A stretch of DNA of 64,000 bases from an uncultured Actinomycetota bacterium (GTDB lineage Bacteria > Actinomycetota > Geothermincolia > Geothermincolales > RBG-13-55-18): the NCBI GenBank assembly GCA_964462595.1, contig CAYWXM010000032.1, positions 22,465 through 86,464 on the forward strand. The letters run 5' to 3'. Both the position numbers and the translations under genes were made by a program. The notes under the pieces were generated by a model, which saw only the letters and a list, made by a program, of their open reading frames with translations, was not told where the DNA came from and ran no database searches. This document shows, in pieces, positions 1 through 9,332 of this stretch. Numbering within the stretch: the first letter of the stretch is position 1; each line of letters opens with the position of its first letter.

Positions 1-181
1 CCGAAAGGGGCCGGGCCTCCACGGGCGCGGCCTCCGCCCACAGTCTGGCGTGGTATTCGGGGCAGGTGGCCCAGCCCGCGGCCAGGTCCCGGCGGATATG
101 CACGGCCACCAGCTCGCGCGAGTCGAAGACGCGGATGATCCCGTCCAGGCCTATGCAGAGAGACGTTTTGCTACCTGGCAT
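1..181 (-). CDS. Partial CDS (N-terminal 60 aa; gene continues off the left edge), hypothetical protein
   Basis: Minus-strand ATG at 181-179. Translation MPGSKTSLCIGLDGIIRVFDSRELVAVHIRRDLAAGW... runs in high-GC sequence to position 1 with no stop. The AT-rich island begins immediately at its start codon. Confidence 0.4.
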   Translation of the reverse strand, partial: MPGSKTSLCIGLDGIIRVFDSRELVAVHIRRDLAAGWATCPEYHARLWAEAAPVEARPLS

Positions 182-382
182 ATCGGTGAAATACATATCT
201 GTGATGACAGAATAAAGCAGAACGCTAGAAGGGATGGTTTCGAGCAATCACCGGAATACGAGCGATTCCTCGAACATGCTTTCTTTCACCTGGGACCCGC
301 CTTAAGTAATCTATGCCGACAATCCTCGGTTAAAAGAAACTTAGAACTAAGAATTGCCAAGAAGCTAGATAAACTAGACGCA

Positions 383-721
383 ATGCTGAACCCCAAGAAT
401 ATCTACATAGACGAAGATCACTTTCAGGATGCAATGGTACAGGCTAATGATGCCTGCAGCGAACTCGAAACCATGACAAGGCAAGGGAGTAACGGAGATA
501 TTTCGGCTCGTCTCCAAGACATTAAGATACGGCTTTCAAATATATCGGATAATCCTTGTTTTTTTGCTGACCTCATTGATGGAAGAAAAGTTATGTATAT
601 GGATCACAAGGCACTTATACAAGATCTGTGCAGAAGAATCCACCTATCGTCCGATAACGGTAATTTTTCTCAAAAAATAATCCGCAAGATGGTGTCACCC
701 TATCTGAAAAAGCAGGGCTGA
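383..721 (+). CDS. Hypothetical protein (first gene of the AT-rich island); start uncertain
   Basis: ORF track 50..721. The first ~45 codons are antisense to the native partial gene, so the earliest plausible start is ATG 383 (MLNPKNIYIDEDHF...). No recognisable domain. Confidence 0.3.
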   Translation: MLNPKNIYIDEDHFQDAMVQANDACSELETMTRQGSNGDISARLQDIKIRLSNISDNPCFFADLIDGRKVMYMDHKALIQDLCRRIHLSSDNGNFSQKIIRKMVSPYLKKQG

Positions 722-855
722 GTAACATTATTCTCTTTCTTGACAGCAAATATCCCTATATCGGAAAGCATGTTCTTTATAAGAGTATTAAAAATACTTA
801 ACATTCCTCCCCCGTGTGGTCGCCAGATTGATTGGGGTCAGATTCGAGTAATCAC

Positions 856-1749
856 CTAGTACCTAACCGGAGGGATAAATACCTGCTCCCTGTGCCACCT
901 TATGTAAAAAATATCCGGGCTTAGTTCCTTGCTATAGGGCTCCCTGATGGGCTTATCCTTGAACTCTAAAAACCATTCCCTGAAATGATGATATCCATAG
1001 AGTTCTGCCGAAACGAGGAGTCGAAGATCATCATCCAAACCTATCGCTCCTCTGTCCAAGGCTTTATGGTGCAGCGTGCATAAAGCCAGCCCGTTCTGCA
1101 CAATGTCTGGGCCGCCTGCTTGATGCCACTTAATATGCGCTGCCTCCAAGCCTAAATCGATATTGCCCAATCTTAGGTCGCAACCACAGACTGCACATCT
1201 ATGCTCATATGCGCGGATAACTTCATCGCGGAATCTAGGATCTCTCGTACTTATAAACCCAGTCTTTTCCAGAGAAAGGCCAATATCATTGATTATGTCT
1301 TCATGAAGGGAGGACGGAAAGTGAGCGTTTAGCAGCGATAGAGCTATCTCGGCACGGAAGTCTTTATTCTCCTTGAGGAAGTCGTATATTTCACTGGTGA
1401 AGCCACCCGTTGCTTTCTTTTCTAGCAACTCTGATCTCACAGGATTATTACTTCCTTTCCGAAAATCAATATCGCCCTCGTGTGCAACCTCCCATATGCC
1501 ATCATTCTGCAACCTCCAGAAGGGTTGTTCTGGATGCTGCGATTTCCTTTTTGGGCCATACCTATCCAATAGTTCTGTTAATAGCCCCTCTATTTCGGCA
1601 AAAGGTGCCAATCTTTCAAGCTGTTGTTCTATTCTCGCCAAAGCTATAAGAAGAAGGAGGGGTTTATGGGGAGCCCTTTCATCGCCTCTCTTCCAGATAT
1701 TTATCTGGGAGATCTTTTCCTTCAGCTCATCCTTTGAAATAGCGTACAT
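856..1749 (-). CDS. HNH endonuclease (HNH_2-type, CAVCG...AHIKW...LCTLHH) fused to an N-terminal ~190-aa putative modified-DNA reader domain; type IV restriction component
   Basis: C-terminal HRCAVCGCDL...AAHIKWHQAGGPDIVQNGLALCTLHHKALD is a classic HNH zinc-finger nuclease motif. The N-terminal domain (APHKPLLLLIALARIEQ...YGPKRKSQHPEQPFWRLQNDGIWEV) resembles the sensor domains of ScoMcrA/SprMcrA-like enzymes. It is co-oriented immediately downstream of the McrB/McrC-like genes. Confidence 0.8.
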   Translation of the reverse strand: MYAISKDELKEKISQINIWKRGDERAPHKPLLLLIALARIEQQLERLAPFAEIEGLLTELLDRYGPKRKSQHPEQPFWRLQNDGIWEVAHEGDIDFRKGSNNPVRSELLEKKATGGFTSEIYDFLKENKDFRAEIALSLLNAHFPSSLHEDIINDIGLSLEKTGFISTRDPRFRDEVIRAYEHRCAVCGCDLRLGNIDLGLEAAHIKWHQAGGPDIVQNGLALCTLHHKALDRGAIGLDDDLRLLVSAELYGYHHFREWFLEFKDKPIREPYSKELSPDIFYIRWHREQVFIPPVRY

Positions 1750-1826
1750 GTTTCTGTCATCCTGATTCTACAAAGCAGCCTTCCCGTATAAGTTTAGCAA
1801 ACTGGCCAATTTCATAGTGACACTTC

Positions 1827-4361
1827 CTAATCTTTTTCCTTATCAATACTTGACTTAGTTCGTTCACATACCTGTTTTATTGTCTGTTCCGCATTTGGTT
1901 GATACACATCACCTGAAGAAGCATGCCTGATCATAAAACCCGCACTGCCCTTGTATTGAACGATTACATCGCCAAGCACGAAAACCGCCCTGCCCCTTGG
2001 CTCATGTCCCTTCTTTTCTGCAGGCGTTCCTGGAACGATACTGAAATCCAAACCGGCCGCTTTTAATCCATCATAAAGACGCCATTCAGGCTCAGTTTCT
2101 AAAAATAGTCCTCTCAACTCTCTTGCTCTCTGTAGAGCAAGAAGTGATGTCCATCGATTACGTGAAAAGCGCACGCCTCTCCCATTTATACCCCGATTCT
2201 CAATAGATGGAGTAAGTTCCTTTATTTCGCCAAGATAGTAGACCACCTGGAGTTCATCCTCTTTTCTTCCAAGTGCCCACGGTGTTGAGATATCCTTGCG
2301 CCTTAAAACGTCGATTCTTTCAACTGGCGCACAATAGGCAACAGCTCCAGGTTTGCGCAGCGAAGCAGGTAAATATATTGCTAACCAGCGAGTCAGGAAC
2401 TGGAGTCTCTGTGTGTGGGTAAGAGGCGTATAATAGCGGCGCTCCTTCATTATCCAGTCCAAATGCACTTGTGCATCGGCTTTAAGGGTTCCTACCAATA
2501 CCACCTCTTTTGACGCCTCCCGCCATGAACGCAACTTCTCATATGTGACATGAGGTATGGCTCGTTCCGCAATAGACCAACCGCTTTGACGTAATATGCC
2601 CCTAAGCCATTCCTCTACATGATCCATTTCAGTTGGAAGGAACGGTAATGCACCTATACCCAACCTCTCTAGCGATTTCCACAACCTACTCTTAGTAAAT
2701 TCCCTATCTCTGTCCACGTATGGAAAAAGCGCTGCTCCTTCCACTACAGTTCTATTAAATCTATCCGATCGTGTTTCGTCATCATTTGTATCCTCGAGTA
2801 TCGCATCACGATAACGATGTAATACATTTATTGCATCTAGCGGTGGGCCTGGCGCTCCAAATTGTTCCAAATATTTCGCCGAATTATTAATCCTATATTT
2901 CGCGTCAAGGATGAGCCTAACCTCAGGCCATTCGGAATCATGCAAAGCGATTACTATATCGGGTTTCTGTGGAAGTACATAGCTATCGCCGGAAAATGTA
3001 GGGTTATAGATAACCTCGATGCTTCGTGATTCATCTATAACGAAAGGAATGCGTTGCGCTCGCCCTTTTTGCAGCTGCACCTGGATTCCATTCTGTTGAA
3101 CTTTTAATATGCGCTCTACCGGCACCCTTACGCCTAACACTTGAGCCAGCATCCTTACGATAGAAAGATAACACCAGTATTCATAAAGCGTGTGAATCTG
3201 TTTTAAAGAAAGTGACAAGCCGCCCCCACCAACCCTTAAGCCCAATCGTAGTTTAATGCAAGCGTGATAAGCTTCTCGATAGCCAGGTGCATTCTGCAGC
3301 TTCAGTGACACAAACCCTGGAGCCGGAAAACCCATAGCTGCTGCTATTGGCTCAATCGCCTCAAGCCTGCTGATTTGTTCTTTAAGGTTGCTTATTTCCT
3401 CTAGTGTATGGGCCCTCCTCGCAGGAATTTCAGCCCCTTCGGCAATTTCTACGCGCCTCTTCTCCTCTTCGTATATCTCAGCCAGTCTTTTTCTTACTTG
3501 TGCCAGTTGTGCCGCTATCCAACGGTGTTCCTGTGTGTCCAGCGTTGGCAGAGCGCGGTTTTCAGGAAGCTTGCTTCGCATGGCTAATCCATTTCGTGTA
3601 AGCACTCTTTGCCCAGCTCCCTTTCCTTGCATTACATAGCGAAAGACCGCTGCATCAGGCTTTCGCAAGCGTTCAAGTCTGGTCGGCAACCTCTCTCTCG
3701 AGAGTTCCCTCTGAGGATGCTTCTCGATATAGCGTAAACCGCGTTCAAGATCGCCCATAATATTGCGAAGCAATAACAACCATTCCAACCTTGTGGGAAT
3801 CGCTTCTCTTCTCGTGAAGCCCATTTGAAATGTTGATTGAAGATATTCAAGCACAAGCGCAGTAACGATGCCCTGAAGATCTGCAAGGATTGCTTCGTAA
3901 TCGGATGTATAGTCGAGTTTGCTTGGGAATACCTCTATCTCAAAATCGAATTCAGGCCTACCCCCTATTAAGACATTAAACAGGCTCCTTCCTATTTGTC
4001 CGCCGAAGTTTATTACCCCGTATAGTGCCCTTCCTTGATCATCTTTGCTTAAGTCTCTTACGATCAAAGGATCGCGATGTCTCATCTCTATCTTTTCTGA
4101 TACTTTGCTGCGCAGAAACACCTTATATTGGGTTTCTTCAAAGAGATGTGGGCCAATCTCGCTATCGACCATCTCCGAGACCTGAGGTTGGAAATTCTCA
4201 TTAAGCCTTTTTACGCTTATTTCTGCGCCGACTCTGCGCAGCTTAACCGATAACCTGCCTGGAATATTGCTCATTTCAATCGGAAGGCTATCCGGCAGCG
4301 TGGCTAGGCTGCTCCAAATCAGCAATGATCTGTCTGTTTCTATGCGGAATAGCTCACCCAT
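1827..4361 (-). CDS. McrC-like nuclease subunit (DUF2357 N-terminal region plus DUF524-like PD-(D/E)xK core) with a ~280-aa C-terminal extension of unknown function
   Basis: PD-(D/E)xK signature PDIVIALHD...EVRLILDAKYR. It starts 6 nt after the stop of the McrB-like gene (translational coupling). 844 aa is far longer than canonical McrC. Confidence 0.75.
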   Translation of the reverse strand: MGELFRIETDRSLLIWSSLATLPDSLPIEMSNIPGRLSVKLRRVGAEISVKRLNENFQPQVSEMVDSEIGPHLFEETQYKVFLRSKVSEKIEMRHRDPLIVRDLSKDDQGRALYGVINFGGQIGRSLFNVLIGGRPEFDFEIEVFPSKLDYTSDYEAILADLQGIVTALVLEYLQSTFQMGFTRREAIPTRLEWLLLLRNIMGDLERGLRYIEKHPQRELSRERLPTRLERLRKPDAAVFRYVMQGKGAGQRVLTRNGLAMRSKLPENRALPTLDTQEHRWIAAQLAQVRKRLAEIYEEEKRRVEIAEGAEIPARRAHTLEEISNLKEQISRLEAIEPIAAAMGFPAPGFVSLKLQNAPGYREAYHACIKLRLGLRVGGGGLSLSLKQIHTLYEYWCYLSIVRMLAQVLGVRVPVERILKVQQNGIQVQLQKGRAQRIPFVIDESRSIEVIYNPTFSGDSYVLPQKPDIVIALHDSEWPEVRLILDAKYRINNSAKYLEQFGAPGPPLDAINVLHRYRDAILEDTNDDETRSDRFNRTVVEGAALFPYVDRDREFTKSRLWKSLERLGIGALPFLPTEMDHVEEWLRGILRQSGWSIAERAIPHVTYEKLRSWREASKEVVLVGTLKADAQVHLDWIMKERRYYTPLTHTQRLQFLTRWLAIYLPASLRKPGAVAYCAPVERIDVLRRKDISTPWALGRKEDELQVVYYLGEIKELTPSIENRGINGRGVRFSRNRWTSLLALQRARELRGLFLETEPEWRLYDGLKAAGLDFSIVPGTPAEKKGHEPRGRAVFVLGDVIVQYKGSAGFMIRHASSGDVYQPNAEQTIKQVCERTKSSIDKEKD

Positions 4362-4367
4362 GGTTGT

Positions 4368-6188
4368 TCACAACCAGTACGAAGTGTAACCCTCCGAAAG
4401 CAACCGTTCTAGCATCAAGCAAAGTTTAGCAGCCAACCTTGGATACTGGCTGTCGACAATCGCTGATGGTCTCCCTGTGCTGTTCCAATCATTCAAGAAC
4501 TGACGCGCTTCATCTTCAAGCTTGAACGGCTCACCACCACTAGCCCATCCAAGCAGACCAAACACTACTCGGTTTATTGCTTCGCTGCCCCCTATTATTC
4601 TAGGCAATATCTTCATTTGTAGGACGAGGTCTAGCGGATCCACCCCGTTTCCTTCCAAATCTCTAAATGAATTAATAATCTCCATGCTGTGTAACAAGAA
4701 CAGAGCAACCTCATCCCTGGTCCTGTATCCAACCTGCAATTGTGCAGGAGACAATAGCCTGTTAATCGCCTGCAGAGCGGTAATGGCACGCTCAACCTCT
4801 GATCTCTCTTTCTCCTTAAGATCCCCTAAATCTGAAAGCATGATTGCACGCGGATACCAGAACCCTATAGGCCATGTAGTTGCTCTTACAGCCTCAGATT
4901 GTTGTGAATTCTCCCATTTATCAAGATAGATTTCAGATAGCTCAATCGTGAAAGCTCGGTCCAAGACTTTACGGCTGAACCCATGTGCGCTTTCATCCAT
5001 ATTAACTGTGCCTACCAGAGCCAAATTGGGTGGAATGACAACCTCCCCCCATTCGGCCTCCTCTTCCTTCAATGTCTGCCCGAGAAGCTGAATGCTTGCA
5101 TACCCACCATTCGTTTCTGGCCGGCGGTCTTCAATTCTACTTAGAACTTCAGCGAAATACTGCTCCACTCGCGCCAAATTCATTTCATCTATAATACAGA
5201 CCCAATAACGATCTCCATTCTCCATTGCCTCACGCGCTATCTCGAGCACCGGACCTGGGCGAAAATCTCCTTGGAGGTCTGTATAACCAAGTACATCTGA
5301 ACTGTCGGTCCAATCAGGCCTGACGGAGACTAGCCTACTTACGCCTGCCGTTGCATCAGCAACGAGTCTCGGTAGCTTGGATTTTCCTGTTCCAGTTATG
5401 CCGGCAAGGATTATAAATGGCTTGGTCCGAAGAGCAGTAATATACTGAGCAACCTGCCAGGGCTCGTAAATGAACCCACGATTATTAATGTAAGCGATAA
5501 GGTCCTCCAGGGATTGTTGTTTATCGAATCCAGGTTTTAGTGGTTCAACATCCTCGTCTTTAAAGCTTTCCACCGGCACCTCCAGCTGTCTTGATTCCAG
5601 ATACCCATCGTAAACATCTAGTAAGTAGTCAATATCCGCGATGATTTCTTCGTCTCGTGGCACCGAGCCTTTTTCGTATAGCTTATATGCAACCGTTGAA
5701 TACTCGTATTCCTTCCCCAAGCCTTTCGCAGCATGCAAAGAAATGCCGAAGTCTAACAGAAAGCCATTTGCTTCAGCATCAACACAGAATTCTTGGAGCT
5801 TTCGGGCGCGTTCTCTGAGGATTCTTCTAGCTTCTATGGTTCCGTGGGTTTTCTTTAGTGTCGTCACGCCCTGATTGAATGTCAGATATACGCCTCCCAT
5901 ATCCTCTTGAAACAAGAAGACTGGATATACTCCATTCTGAGTCGTCTTTGTCTCCCTTTCGTCCAAGAACGTAATCCACGGTATACTTGCCCAATTCCCT
6001 TGCCCCACGCTCCAATTCACTCGTAATGTGGGGCGGCTCTTTACCGAAGGGAGTTCAGATAATATTTCGCCGAGCTCTCTGAACTTCATCGAAACTGGCT
6101 GGCTTGAATTGAAAGCAGAGTTACTCCTGGATTCTAAATAATTTTGAAGAATCCATACGATGTCCTCGCTAATTCCCATCTCTTGCAA
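4368..6188 (-). CDS. mcrB: McrB-family GTPase: N-terminal MrcB_N/DUF3578-type DNA-binding domain plus AAA+ (AAA_5) motor
   Basis: N-terminus NWSVGQGNWASIPWITFLD (MrcB_N-like). Walker A ILAGITGTGKSKL, Walker B CIIDEMN. Strong RBS gaggagggg 7 nt before the ATG. Confidence 0.85.
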   Translation of the reverse strand: MQEMGISEDIVWILQNYLESRSNSAFNSSQPVSMKFRELGEILSELPSVKSRPTLRVNWSVGQGNWASIPWITFLDERETKTTQNGVYPVFLFQEDMGGVYLTFNQGVTTLKKTHGTIEARRILRERARKLQEFCVDAEANGFLLDFGISLHAAKGLGKEYEYSTVAYKLYEKGSVPRDEEIIADIDYLLDVYDGYLESRQLEVPVESFKDEDVEPLKPGFDKQQSLEDLIAYINNRGFIYEPWQVAQYITALRTKPFIILAGITGTGKSKLPRLVADATAGVSRLVSVRPDWTDSSDVLGYTDLQGDFRPGPVLEIAREAMENGDRYWVCIIDEMNLARVEQYFAEVLSRIEDRRPETNGGYASIQLLGQTLKEEEAEWGEVVIPPNLALVGTVNMDESAHGFSRKVLDRAFTIELSEIYLDKWENSQQSEAVRATTWPIGFWYPRAIMLSDLGDLKEKERSEVERAITALQAINRLLSPAQLQVGYRTRDEVALFLLHSMEIINSFRDLEGNGVDPLDLVLQMKILPRIIGGSEAINRVVFGLLGWASGGEPFKLEDEARQFLNDWNSTGRPSAIVDSQYPRLAAKLCLMLERLLSEGYTSYWL

Positions 6189-6402
6189 CCCCTCCTCATG
6201 ATATTTTTCTGGCAGCCCTGCTGATTACAATTCTATCATTCCTGCAATCGCATATTGGGGAGTCATGTGGAATGTGTAGGCGCTGACCTTTTGCTTAAAG
6301 ATTTAGCAACGCGCTTGGACCATTATCAACAAGGGCTCAATCATCGCTCGATTGAAGTATTACTTGTAACCACTTCGAGGCTGATATCTCTGAGGTGCGG
6401 GA

Positions 6403-7053
6403 ATGAGAATCGCGAAACAGACTGAAGACAGGATGGTGATCAAGGGCGATACCCGCCGGATAAAGAGGAACATCATATACGGCGCGATCATTGCCGCCGT
6501 CTTCATCGTCCCCATCATCATCTTTGCCTTCACGGAAAGCCTTAATATCACCAACATCACAGATATCATAAAAGGCCTCGTCTTCCCTGTTGTCGTCCTC
6601 GTTGGGGTATCTGCCGTTCTCTACAGGGAGAGCACTCGCGTCGTTATCGACAAGGCTAAGGACCGCCTGTCGGTCAAGTTACCTCTTAACAGGATTATAT
6701 CCGGGGCTTATCCACTCAAGGCCGTGAGCGAAGTAAGGCTCAGGCATCACGGTAATCCCTATTATTTCCCTAAGTTGAGCATTTTGCTGAATAACGATGA
6801 GGAGATCATTCTGAGCAGTGACGTGATGATTAGCATGCTCAAGCCGGGCTATCTATTCAAGGCGCCGCCCCTCTACGGGCATGTTATCAGGGAGCAGCAG
6901 CTTGCGATGGATATCGCCATATTCATGGGCGTTCCTTTTCGTGAGATAAAAGGCGGAGAGGTGACCTTCGGCCTGGACCAGGCGGACAAGGATGCGACCT
7001 GTTCGGAAGAAGCTGAAGAGAAGGAAGGGAAGGTTGACGATCAGGAAGGGTAA
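6403..7053 (+). CDS. Hypothetical membrane protein (two predicted TM helices, acidic C-terminal tail)
   Basis: Hydrophobic stretches IIYGAIIAAVFIVPIIIFAF and LVFPVVVLVGVSAVLY. C-terminus SEEAEEKEGKVDDQEG. No known domain. Confidence 0.5.
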   Translation: MRIAKQTEDRMVIKGDTRRIKRNIIYGAIIAAVFIVPIIIFAFTESLNITNITDIIKGLVFPVVVLVGVSAVLYRESTRVVIDKAKDRLSVKLPLNRIISGAYPLKAVSEVRLRHHGNPYYFPKLSILLNNDEEIILSSDVMISMLKPGYLFKAPPLYGHVIREQQLAMDIAIFMGVPFREIKGGEVTFGLDQADKDATCSEEAEEKEGKVDDQEG

Positions 7054-7538
7054 CGGAGTTCTCCATGCTCTTCTGGCAGATTGGATGGAGGTGCTGCCTC
7101 TCTGAATACTCGAGATGCTCAGAGATTCCTCAGTACATGAATATAACGATGTAGAGCACCGCCAAGCCACAGATGAGATTCAGTGACGCGACAACAGCGA
7201 GAGCCAAGCGCCAGCTTCTTTCAGTTTTCCTGTTTATTGCCCATACACCAGTGAAAATCAGAAGGAACAGATTTCTTCCAGGTGATTTCTTCTGGAACCT
7301 CTCATAGTTGGGTCGAATATAGAAGAAGACTATTGGCGCCACAACAACCATTAAAAGATTGCGACAATAGCAAGTATTATTCGGTCCGCGCTCATATTGT
7401 TATTCCTAAACGTTCGAGCAGCCAGCTTTTTCTCTTTTGCTGGTCCTCGCACATATCCCAATCAGAGGATCTCCATGGGGCGGGATGGTGATCAGAAGCC
7501 TCCTTAAATAGATTGGAGTTAAAATGTCTCCTAGCCTA

Positions 7539-7949
7539 CTAGGATGTTGGTATTTGTTTTTCCGCCCATGAGAAGAATCGTTCAACCCGTTTCATTATGT
7601 CAGTCGACTCCTTTGCGGTACAGCTACGTGCCTCATATTCAACTATGCCTTTGAGCCTAAGTATCGCCTGCATCTGCCTGGCAGCCTTTGAGGCTTCCTC
7701 GGAATCTACAGTCTCCTCTAAATAGCCATGGGCTTGGTTGTGATCCTGGCCGATAAAATATTCTCCAGCGTACCTGATAGTCACTGCATTTGCCATCAGG
7801 ATAACAGCATGAACGGCATTTGATACGGCTGCATCCCATAGGCTGGCATCATGTGATAATTCCATTGCCTTGCGAAACTGAAATGCCTTTTCCTTGAACT
7901 TCTTGGCCTCAGCCTGCGTAGCTTTAGCTGTTCTCTGCTTCCTCACCAA
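7539..7949 (-). CDS. HEPN domain protein (toxin of a HEPN/MNT pair)
   Basis: R-x6-H motif (RKAMELSH). Abuts the upstream MNT gene by 2 nt. Confidence 0.7.
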   Translation of the reverse strand: MVRKQRTAKATQAEAKKFKEKAFQFRKAMELSHDASLWDAAVSNAVHAVILMANAVTIRYAGEYFIGQDHNQAHGYLEETVDSEEASKAARQMQAILRLKGIVEYEARSCTAKESTDIMKRVERFFSWAEKQIPTS

Positions 7950-7951
7950 GG

Positions 7952-8554
7952 TTATTGCTCCTTTCCATAGAGGAGCTTCCCTTCTGAAAGGATTTCTCTG
8001 GCCAATGGGTGCTCTCTTTGCTTCAATCGCTCGAGCTCATCGCAGGTATACAAGAGAATGTTCGTCCCGATGCGGTAGAGCCTGTACGCCTCCCTCTCGT
8101 TTTCTGCGATGACTTCCTCCACCTTTTCCTTGTCTGTCCCAGCCTTCAGGATCAGCGCCAGGTCGATATCGCTTGCTGGTGTATCTTCACCGCGTGCCAC
8201 ACTGCCAAAAACGTAAACGCTGATGATACACTGCTTGATGCCTTTGCCCAGAATCCCAACGAGATCATCGAGCAAGCTGGCTTCTTTCTCGAAAAGTGGC
8301 CTTAACAAGTCCTTGTAAAGAACGGTATCATCAGGTATCTCATAGACAGAGCTTCTTCCGACTGTCTTGCGTGATATTGCGCCCATATCCGCCAACGAAT
8401 CCAGTGCCCTGATACAGGTTGCATGATTCATATCGAGCTCTCTTGCTATCCCCCTGCCAGTAATAACCCTGGATGGGAATAGAACCAAGTGCCTGAGAAT
8501 GCGCACATTGTTCTTGTTGTGGAAAATATCATTTAATGGATTGTTCGTTCTCAT
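7952..8554 (-). CDS. HTH (winged-helix) plus minimal nucleotidyltransferase (MNT) domain protein; cognate antitoxin of the HEPN gene
   Basis: Motif YVFGSVARGEDTPASDIDLALIL. Start chosen at the internal ATG (MRTNNPLND...) with GGGTGA 5 nt upstream. An AT-rich promoter-like tract lies upstream. Confidence 0.7.
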   Translation of the reverse strand: MRTNNPLNDIFHNKNNVRILRHLVLFPSRVITGRGIARELDMNHATCIRALDSLADMGAISRKTVGRSSVYEIPDDTVLYKDLLRPLFEKEASLLDDLVGILGKGIKQCIISVYVFGSVARGEDTPASDIDLALILKAGTDKEKVEEVIAENEREAYRLYRIGTNILLYTCDELERLKQREHPLAREILSEGKLLYGKEQ

Positions 8555-8675
8555 CAGATCACCCGTATAATATACTATACATATGTATAAATTATTATAC
8601 ATTTACAAACTGACGTTTTCAATGACCAAGAGAGTGAATATTTGGAGCAACCACGGGGGGCGAATGGTAATCGAG

Positions 8676-8753
8676 CTAGCCTTCCTTGTCGATTATTTCC
8701 TGTATTTTGTCTCTTAACGGTGTTATATATTCAATAATATCCCTGTCTCTCAT
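8676..8753 (-). pseudogene. Truncated HepT (DUF86/HEPN) toxin remnant, 25 codons
   Basis: Minus-strand ATG overlaps the stop of the upstream MntA gene in the classic ATGA arrangement. Translation MRDRDIIEYITPLRDKIQEIIDKEG* resembles HepT N-termini but stops after 25 aa. Confidence 0.45.
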
Positions 8754-9070
8754 ACCGTTACCAACTCACTCAAGATGTTCTTACCGATATGGGGCTTCAA
8801 GGCCTTCCTGGAAACCAGGTCTACTTTTGATCCGAGAACGTCCGAAAGATGGTCTTCAAGGTCAATGAACTTGAAAAACCCAATAGGTTCGGAGAATTCA
8901 ACAAGAATATCTATATCGCTTGCCTCAACCTGCTCCCCTCTTGCAAACGAGCCGAAGATCCCTATCTCCTTGACCTTGAATTTTTCTGCTAGAAATGGCT
9001 TCTGCTCCAGCAATTTCGCTTTTATATCCTCTACTCCACCCATCACAATCTCCATCCGTGTCATACCCAT
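8750..9070 (-). CDS. Nucleotidyltransferase MntA-like antitoxin
   Basis: Motif GIFGSFARGEQVEASDIDILVEF. Exact start uncertain (several in-frame Met; TATAAT directly upstream of the first). Confidence 0.8.
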   Translation of the reverse strand: MGMTRMEIVMGGVEDIKAKLLEQKPFLAEKFKVKEIGIFGSFARGEQVEASDIDILVEFSEPIGFFKFIDLEDHLSDVLGSKVDLVSRKALKPHIGKNILSELVTV

Positions 9071-9332
9071 CTATATGGTAAATTATAGCTTATGCTGATG
9101 ACCTTGACTTAACTGGACCGCAGGAGGAGCCCTGGTCGTTTTCATTCTCAGCCCTTCGTCTTTCACCTCTTTCGTGGTCTTTATCCCCTATCATGTCCTT
9201 CAGAAGATATCTCTTCTGATCCCAACTATCAACGCGCGCAAGCCTGCATTTCCCGATTAAAACCCTGCATTGCGCGATCAGTGATAGCATATATCAGAGA
9301 GAGCCAGAACCTGGGATTTGGAGGTGTTTGAA

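Noticed and set aside
50-382. N-terminal 111 codons of track ORF 50..721
   Set aside because: Codons 1-45 lie antisense to the native partial gene at 1-181 and change composition mid-ORF. There is no start codon with an RBS before ATG 383.
7130-7351. 73-aa hydrophobic minus-strand ORF in the island
   Set aside because: No RBS. It lies in a terminator-like region downstream of the HEPN gene. It could be a small membrane protein but is unsupported.
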